Below, piece by piece: positions 56,859-64,000 of a stretch of 64,000 nucleotides of DNA. Position 1 is the first letter of the stretch. Each line of letters begins with the position of its first letter. The stretch is taken from NCBI GenBank assembly GCA_937625935.1, contig OW569390.1, forward strand, positions 323,380 through 387,379, in the 5' to 3' direction. The notes under the pieces are model-generated. The model saw nothing but the letters and a program-made list of their open reading frames with translations. It was not told where the DNA came from and searched no databases. A program made the position numbers and the translations under genes. Source of the DNA: Tetramitus jugosus (lineage: Eukaryota > Protista > Heterolobosea).

Positions 56859-57599
56859 ACAAGTACATCGGGCTCACTTCTATATTGGCAAATACAAGTT
56901 ACTACAACTAGAACTATCTTGAGATTTCTTGTTTGTTTGTGCTTGTGCGGCCTTCTTTGCTGGTGGTGCAGAAGTCTTGTTCTTGCTGACTGCTTATGCT
57001 CCCGAAGGACAACAAGAAGATTATTCTATAGCACCATAAAAGAGTCCTTCGTTTTCCTTCTGGTATCACGACCCCTTTGAAGATGAAATTGTGAGAGCCA
57101 TTGCTGCTCACATTCCCCACCCGGTGTTTGACTTTTTCAAACTGCCACCCCGAGAATTGATTGATTCTATTTCGTTGTTGTTTAAAGAGGTTCACGACTT
57201 GATTGGAACTGAAGATTAAATTGTGTCCAAGTTTATCAAGAGCAACCCCAACAAGATGTTTCAGTTCTACTGGCATCTCCAAAAGTTCTTCACAGAGATA
57301 TGTCAATCTTTTTCTTTGGTTCCATAGTCTCACTTCACGTGTCGTATGACTGACTATTGGCACTGAAGAATTAACAAAGATAATTCAGGACAAAAAGGTT
57401 AGAGGTCAAGACTGGAAACCTAAAATTTTAAACACTTTCAGCTTTATCCGACTTCATCAATCATTCTACGGTCTTTCGTAATCTGGACTTATCAAGTTGT
57501 GTGTTGGGGAATCGCGTTACGAACCTTAAAATCGAATGACAGAGCCTGGTACGTCCTATTGTGAAACTTCTCTTACCCTATACCTATTAATGTAAACAC

Positions 57600-57875
57600 T
57601 CATTTGATGAACAGGAAACTCTAAACCTCTCTGGAAATAAAATAAGAGACAAGGATGTGGCCACACTATTAAGTCACATTTCTTTATGCAAGTCATCAAC
57701 AAGCTTGGATTTGTCACAAAACGCTGTATATGAGGTGGGTGGTGTATCATTGCTCACACATGTGAGCAAGAATGAACAATTGAGACTCCTTAATATGTCA
57801 GATACCAACATGACTTTCCTCTCATGTCTACCTCTTATAGTTAGTATTATTAGTATTGAAGAGCACCGTTTATGA
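57600..57875 (+). pseudogene. RNI-like leucine-rich-repeat relic
   Basis: 'STSLDLSQNAVYEVGGVSLL' and 'QLRLLNMSDT'. There is no ATG and the surrounding frames are broken. Confidence 0.5.
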
Positions 57876-58358
57876 TTAATTAGAGCCATCAATTCCTCCA
57901 AAAACAATCTCTCAATACTCCAGAAGCCTTCAAGAGGAAAAACAGGTTGGCCAAAGAATTGAAGAAACGAATTGATGACTCACATCGAAAGGTACCCCAG
58001 TCTGTCAATCCCTCTGAGGCGTTATGATGAAGATTTACAAGATTTAATTTGTGTTTCGATGAGTCTGATTGGTGTACCGTTACGTTGAGCTGAGTAAAAT
58101 GAGATGGGTACGTCACTTTCTTTGGATTGATAACCACCGAAAACAATGTATTCCGTGTCAGATGTCTCGTAGCCTGACCGTTTCTTCTTGATTCTATGTG
58201 TTTGGATTGCAGGGTGATGGGTGCCGCAAGCTAAAAGTCCGGTCCTGCATCCTCCATTCGGACGACAGTTGACATGTCGTCATACATTGAACGTTTATTA
58301 TTATGATTGAAGTAAACTTTGAAAAGTACTTCTTTTACGAGCAAAAAAAACATCACAA

Positions 58359-58682
58359 ATGAAGACAGCACTGTTGATTGCACTATTCCTTGTAATTTTA
58401 GCCTGTGTACAAGCTCGTAGAAAAGGAGGTGGTATTTATCAATATGTAAATAAAGCAACAGGTGTTCCTGCATACATTGGTACAACCAACAATCTGAATA
58501 GAAGGTATAACGAACATGCTCAAAGACCATTTGCCAACAGTAACACTCATCAATACCTGGCTGTGGATATGGATGGTGCTGCACAACAACGTTACAGAGC
58601 AGAGGCAGCAATGATCCAATCTTGCAAAGCTAATGGTGGTTGTGCATACAATAAGAACAATGGTGGTGGTGGACCAAGATAA
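58359..58682 (+). CDS. Signal-peptide-bearing stand-alone GIY-YIG nuclease (107 aa)
   Basis: Signal peptide MKTALLIALFLVILACVQA; GIY(25-27)-x11-YIG(39-41), R49, H53, E82 and Y97-N98 form the complete GIY-YIG active-site set. Confidence 0.85.
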   Translation: MKTALLIALFLVILACVQARRKGGGIYQYVNKATGVPAYIGTTNNLNRRYNEHAQRPFANSNTHQYLAVDMDGAAQQRYRAEAAMIQSCKANGGCAYNKNNGGGGPR

Positions 58683-58770
58683 ACTGTACTGTTTGTTGTT
58701 AATTATCATCCTTGACAATTGATGTCATCCTATTGTAATCTTCATCCAGTCGAAAGACAAATCACACAAA

Positions 58771-59523
58771 ATGAAAACAGCACTCACTGTAATTGTCATG
58801 GTTGTTATCAGCTTGGGTTGTATCATATACCAAACAGTGATGGCAAAGACAACGTTCAACATGAAACTCCTGGGTGCAAAGCACAGAGTAGTTGCCTATT
58901 ATTCTGTACCACACTTTTTGGAAAATTGCTCTTTTTGTGATGATCACTATGAAGATATGGTGGAAGCTGCATCAGATAGAGTTCCTGTTGTACATGCCTG
59001 GAGGTTAAACTCTACCAATTTTAGTGACATGATGGAAGAGATCAAGGGTGTGCAGGGATCCGAAGGTTGTGTCCTCAGATTTGATTCTGGTGCAATGTAT
59101 AAGATTAAGACTCTATTCTACACGAATTCAAACAAGGGGAATTCTGATCTTTTAGCTCAAGAATGGCAGGTGTGGGCTTTGATTCTCAATCAAAAAATTG
59201 ACGATATCAAAGCAACTGCAATCAAGAGAGCCCTCAGAAATCGCATAACTCAGTTTGAAATTAAGATTTATCATCAATTACAGATGACAGCCGATAGAAT
59301 TGAGCAGCATTATATCCAATTGCCCCACAAAGAGCAATCACAGTTCGAGACAGTTCTCTCAGATCATGAAATTCCTATGATTGAAAGGCCTGTGTACACG
59401 GATATCAGTCAGGGGAAAGTTGCAATGAAGTCTCTCATTGGTCACGTTGCCTCTCATTGTACCGGTACAGCCAAACTGAACATAATCAGGCCTCTGGCAG
59501 GTGACATTCACTTCTATCATTGA
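58771..59523 (+). CDS. Chimeric ORF: signal peptide fused to the C-terminal half of a T4 Rnl1-type RNA ligase (possibly a pseudogene)
   Basis: 'EGCVLRFDSGAMYKIKTLFY' corresponds to ligase motifs IV and V, followed by 'ALILNQKIDDIKA' of the Rnl1 helical domain. No KxDG motif I is present. Confidence 0.65.
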   Translation: MKTALTVIVMVVISLGCIIYQTVMAKTTFNMKLLGAKHRVVAYYSVPHFLENCSFCDDHYEDMVEAASDRVPVVHAWRLNSTNFSDMMEEIKGVQGSEGCVLRFDSGAMYKIKTLFYTNSNKGNSDLLAQEWQVWALILNQKIDDIKATAIKRALRNRITQFEIKIYHQLQMTADRIEQHYIQLPHKEQSQFETVLSDHEIPMIERPVYTDISQGKVAMKSLIGHVASHCTGTAKLNIIRPLAGDIHFYH

Positions 59524-59529
59524 ATGAAC

Positions 59530-60236
59530 TCTTCCTTTCAATGTTCTTCACATCCTTCTTGTCCAACTTTGCAATCACTTCCTTCAATTGTTGGTAGGAT
59601 GAACCGCGTGGTTTCTTAATTATATACACTGATCTCTATTTGTGCCATTGATGAGAGTCACACTAATCATTCTTGGAAGATTTTGAACAACTTGTTTGAA
59701 CGTCACGACATATTCCATATCAAAATCTGGTTCAGTCATTACATCATATGAATCAATGATCGAGACAATGTCTGAGATAGATCTTTGGAACAAGGCTGCA
59801 ATATCTCGTTCGAAGAAATGAGAACATTTTGATCAGGATATCCGTCACTTTTGATTGTCAGCTTCCATTGTTGTCATATCAGTTGACTGAAATTTTCTCA
59901 GAAGCTCGTGAATGTCTTGTTCATCTTCATAATCTGATTCCTCATCCTCATCTTCTGAATTTTCATGGTGTTCTTCTTGTTCCTGGCGAACATGTGTCTC
60001 ATTGATCCAGCCTTGTCCGGGATGACCAATGTTCAGATCCCAGGATTCAAAAGCCCTTCTGTTGCATCAGTGCAGAATTTGATTGATCCAAGAGCCTTAT
60101 GTGGAGAGAAGAAAGCTCTGAGAAAGTCTCTATTCTTCTTTGCAAGTGAAATATTTGCCTGATCTGTCAGATTTTCGGCAATTGCTTTCGTAATTGGACT
60201 GTCATATTCATCAATCAAAATGATTAACCCATGATA
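59530..60236 (-). pseudogene. Broken coding relics, including an AAA-ATPase_like (PF09820-type) fragment
   Basis: 'GLIILIDEYDSPI...KNRDFLRAFFS' (Walker B block), then an acidic run and further frames broken by stops and frameshifts. Confidence 0.6.
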
Positions 60237-60755
60237 TAGAATAATGGAGTTCTTTTAGTGCTTGTGTTGAAAACATTACGAATGGAAGTGGATTGTTGCA
60301 AAGAACGCCAAATGGAAAGAGGAAGAACAGTGAAGATCCATTTTTTGATAGAGTGGAAACGCTGAACCACTCAGTTGTTGACCAATTTGTGGAATTAATA
60401 AATCGATGACATCACTTTTCCATTCTCCCTGAGCATTGAACCACAAGCAACAATTTAGCAGACAAAACCTGACTGAAACCTCCATTTGACAAGAGTTTGA
60501 AATTAGGTGTGTATCAAGATTACTTGACGTAGATACAGCTCAGCAAGGTGTTTGCTGCCTCACAAGTAACAGATTCAATAAACTTGTTGAACAGTCAGTT
60601 AAAAAATCAAAATGTTCAGGAGGGTGTCATAAGGAAAGCTGTCATCTTTTCAACGGATATCTTGATGAGTTTTCACTCAAAAGTGATTGATTCCTTCGTC
60701 AAACATGGATACACTTTCTTATAAGTTTCACTAGACTCCTTGTCAGATTGTTTAC

Positions 60756-61834
60756 TTGAAGGACTCAAGTACATACATATTCATGGAAAATGTACTCTTT
60801 GCAATTAAGTTTTTGAAGTTGTCAAAGTACAGATCAGACACAGCCTTAAAGGCATTTAAATCAAGTATTGCTTACAGGTATTTTGATATATACAAGTCCC
60901 ATGCTCAACTCTGCTGTGTTGTTCTACGAGAAAGTAAATCACAACATACAAAGACTAAAGAGTTGTATGAGTGGTGTTATCTGAGAATGTGCGAATAGAT
61001 TCAATCACTAAAATGCGATCCGACACCATCTGATTTGAATTCTGATAGTAGAGTTATTCATTTAAAACAGATTCTATCAGAGGGAAGATGGGAAGGAACA
61101 TTCAAAATGTCTAGACTTGTTAATGATTTGGAAAATATGAATCAAACAAACAAACATCAATTCCGTTACAATGAGGATGTCAAACTCTCTGCTCATTGTT
61201 TGATCAATTATATGGGTAAGTCAAAGTATCAGATGCTTTTGGGTGTGAATGAGAAGGAAGACGGCACAAAAGAGTATGATCCTAAGAAGGTTAATGACAT
61301 ACTACCTTCTGTCAGTTTATTAGAGCAACAACATCTATCAATGATAACAGAAACAGGAGTCTATGATCAGTATATTCATCTGTGCTCAGAGTTGAGTCGT
61401 AACCTTGATAAGTTTCCAAATTGTTGGACCCTAATGATAGACTCGGTAGACCTACAGGTCAGTAGAGAGAAAGGAAAGATATTTGGCATTAGTGGCAAAA
61501 CTTACAAAATCAATCAAGTTCTTATTCATCCAATTTTTGAAAAACTTGACGCAGCAAAGGATTTAGCGCGCAATGCAACTGTTGTTCTTCTTTGTGCATC
61601 AAATCATTTTGCAACTCCAATTACTTGCGATACTTGTACAAGCGAGACTAGCAGTACCATTGCGCAGTTGCTCAGAAATTGTGTTACATCATGAAATAGT
61701 GAAAACATTAAACTCATCAATTCAGATGGAGCAAACTACTCAGCAGTTGTGCAGATTGCGAAAGAATTTGGTATTGCTGCTGTAAATTGTCCATGTCATT
61801 TAGGAAAGAACGGCAGAAACCCACTTCTGGATGA
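60756..61834 (+). mobile_element. Degenerate P-element/THAP9-like DDE transposase relic
   Basis: One frame with two in-frame stops (TAG 60996, TGA 61692) carries 'FRYNEDVK', 'LPSVSLL', 'WTLMID', 'LARNATVVLL...FATPI', 'IKLINSDG' and 'CPCHLGKNGRNPLL' in the order seen in P-type transposases. Confidence 0.68.
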
Positions 61835-61851
61835 GGGTTTGGGTTTGGGTT
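61835..61851 (+). repeat. Interstitial telomeric tract GGGTTTGGGTTTGGGTT
   Basis: Read directly; same unit and orientation as the terminal array. Confidence 0.85.
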
Positions 61852-62007
61852 GTGACATAAAGACAAACCAATATTGTATAACCCAAACCCGTCGTTCGAT
61901 GAAATAGGACGCATCGTGTTTGTCATGTTCTGAAACCATCAAACTAAGCTTATGAATAAAAAATATGTTGTTATTGTTGAACTGTACTGCGAAGTACATG
62001 TATCCAG

Positions 62008-62188
62008 TTGGGTTTCAAGTTGGGTTTCCAGTGGAGCTAAAAAGCTCCACCTAAAATTACTATGGAACTTTTCTTCTGTGACTGAGCTTTTTTCTGGTGG
62101 AGCTTTTTAGCTCTGCCTAATTGGGTTGGTGGAGCTTTCGGCTGGTAGGAAGAGTTTTTCTGGTGGAGCTTTGGGGTTGGGGTTGGGG
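62008..62188. repeat. Subtelomeric GTGGAGCT repeat cluster with a perfect hairpin and telomere-like G tracts
   Basis: GTGGAGCT-AAAA-AGCTCCAC at 62031-62050, a near-perfect inverted copy at 62097-62116, further GGTGGAGCTTT units, and TTGGGTTT/TTGGGG units. Confidence 0.75.
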
Positions 62189-63175
62189 ATACATCCAGGA
62201 TTCCCCAACCTAAGGAAACGATTTCCTTATATGGTAATTTTTTTTTGAGATTTTTTATTGCTCTAGGAGGTTCAGCTAGCTTAGACGAAGAGATTAGCGT
62301 GATTTTTAACTCGATTTGAGCTTTATCGGCTCGTAGAGCCGATATATCTGTGCTGTGTTTAACAGATTTTTATCGGCAACAGTGTTAAAACTGCAACAGA
62401 TTTTAGACTACTTTGACTCTGTACTGGGGGTAAGATGTACGAATGAGACATGATTTCTTTGTTTTGGATCAGAGTATTGGGAGATTATTTGATCATTTTT
62501 AACATGATTTCTTACTAACTATACTTTTTGACTTGATGTCTTATGACTTGTTTTTTCTGAAATTTTGACTGACTTGATTTTGCGTTTCTCTGAATAGAAT
62601 CGACAGTTTTTATCAAACAATCACGGTATAATCAGATATTATATCTGTTCCGAGACTTTTCGATATGAAATTCTGTAAGACAGTTAAATAGTGAAGTTTC
62701 CAATTTGAATCGTGTTTAGAGAAGAAACGCCAGACGCAACCCATCAGAAATACAGAGTACTAGCGTTTTCTGAATGGCAATTCAGTTTTACCAAGGTAAT
62801 AGACGGAAAATGCTGGGAAATATGGTTTTTCTGAGAGATATTAACTCTGATAGAATGAGAATCCCAATTTTGTATTTTGTTGAGTGCAGAGTTGAATACC
62901 CAAACCCAACCCGTCATAACTGAAGTGAAATAGATATGATTACTCATAAATCGTGTATCGACTCACTTAATTGCTTCTAATCTTTCCAGCTGTTGAGCTT
63001 GTGATGAGAAGATTTTTGCTTTCAACAAAACCTCAGGAGGGAATGTCAAAAGATGGGGGTAGAAATGGACTGAGTGATTTTAACTTCTATTTATCTTGTT
63101 TTATCAGATTTTAGATGATTTATCGATTCTATTTTGAATTTGGATGAAATTTTAGATTTTTGAAAAGAAAGTAAA

Positions 63176-64000
63176 TTTGGGTTTGGGTTTGGGTTTGGGT
63201 TTGGGTTTGGGTTTGGGTTTGGGTTTGGGTTTGGGTTTGGGTTTGGGTTTGGGTTTGGGTTTGGGTTTGGGTTTGGGTTTGGGTTTGGGTTTGGGTTTGG
63301 GTTTGGGTTTGGGTTTGGGTTTGGGTTTGGGTTTGGGTTTGGGTTTGGGTTTGGGTTTGGGTTTGGGTTTGGGTTTGGGTTTGGGTTTGGGTTTGGGTTT
63401 GGGTTTGGGTTTGGGTTTGGGTTTGGGTTTGGGTTTGGGTTTGGGTTTGGGTTTGGGTTTGGGTTTGGGTTTGGGTTTGGGTTTGGGTTTGGGTTTGGGT
63501 TTGGGTTTGGGTTTGGGTTTGGGTTTGGGTTTGGGTTTGGGTTTGGGTTTGGGTTTGGGTTTGGGTTTGGGTTTGGGTTTGGGTTTGGGTTTGGGTTTGG
63601 GTTTGGGTTTGGGTTTGGGTTTGGGTTTGGGTTTGGGTTTGGGTTTGGGTTTGGGTTTGGGTTTGGGTTTGGGTTTGGGTTTGGGTTTGGGTTTGGGTTT
63701 GGGTTTGGGTTTGGGTTTGGGTTTGGGTTTGGGTTTGGGTTTGGGTTTGGGTTTGGGTTTGGGTTTGGGTTTGGGTTTGGGTTTGGGTTTGGGTTTGGGT
63801 TTGGGTTTGGGTTTGGGTTTGGGTTTGGGTTTGGGTTTGGGTTTGGGTTTGGGTTTGGGTTTGGGTTTGGGTTTGGGTTTGGGTTTGGGTTTGGGTTTGG
63901 GTTTGGGTTTGGGTTTGGGTTTGGGTTTGGGTTTGGGTTTGGGTTTGGGTTTGGGTTTGGGTTTGGGTTGGGTTTGGGTTTGGGTTGGGGGGGGGTTTGG
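63176..64000 (+). repeat. Terminal telomeric array (TTTGGG)n
   Basis: About 825 bp of near-perfect TTTGGG with the G-rich strand running 5'->3' to the sequence end; only the last few units are degenerate. Confidence 0.97.

Noticed and set aside
56914-57363. 149-aa minus-strand ORF
   Set aside because: It has no ATG start and no recognisable motif; it is probably subtelomeric debris.
58359-58682. GIY-YIG as part of a Penelope retroelement or a homing intron
   Set aside because: There is no reverse transcriptase or group I intron context, and the domain follows a signal peptide.
60996-61694. In-frame stops as selenocysteine or an alternative genetic code
   Set aside because: One stop is TAG and the other TGA within a decayed transposase, and core genes end in TAA, TAG and TGA normally.
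62008-62188. Repeat cluster as a CRISPR array
   Set aside because: The units are short, irregularly spaced and partly inverted; the context is eukaryotic and there are no cas genes.
63961-64000. Variant telomere units and a poly-G run
   Set aside because: Likely low-quality sequence at the contig end.

Overview
This is eukaryotic nuclear DNA: the last ~64 kb of a chromosome arm from a gene-dense, AT-rich protist. It uses the standard genetic code and has short GT-AG introns (GTATGT/GTAAG donors, CTAAC-like branch points). Gene content and style suggest a heterolobosean amoeba (Naegleria/Acrasis-like), which is inference only. Positions 1 to ~56.9 kb hold about 27 closely packed genes: THADA, a CTL/SLC44 transporter, a PELP1/Rix1-like protein, mitochondrial SerRS, AcpS, a TOM1/GPR137-like 7TM protein, an RCC1-EGF receptor kinase, HPS1, a PQ-loop transporter, an atypical importin-alpha, a GT77-like glycosyltransferase, EndoG, a PPR-like protein, AIFM2, CacyBP, an RCC1-repeat protein, an FCP1-like phosphatase, MUT, NCAPG, a HIT protein, COG5, Rit1, a PHD-WD40 protein and SulP. 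Two small spliced genes are missed by the ORF track. From ~56.9 kb there is a subtelomeric zone of gene relics. It contains an intact-looking stand-alone GIY-YIG nuclease with a signal peptide, a signal-peptide/RNA-ligase-1 chimera, an AAA-ATPase relic, and a P-element-like transposase relic that ends at an interstitial telomeric tract. Subtelomeric GGAGCT repeats and a terminal (TTTGGG)n telomere follow. All family calls come from motif recognition by eye; no searches were run.
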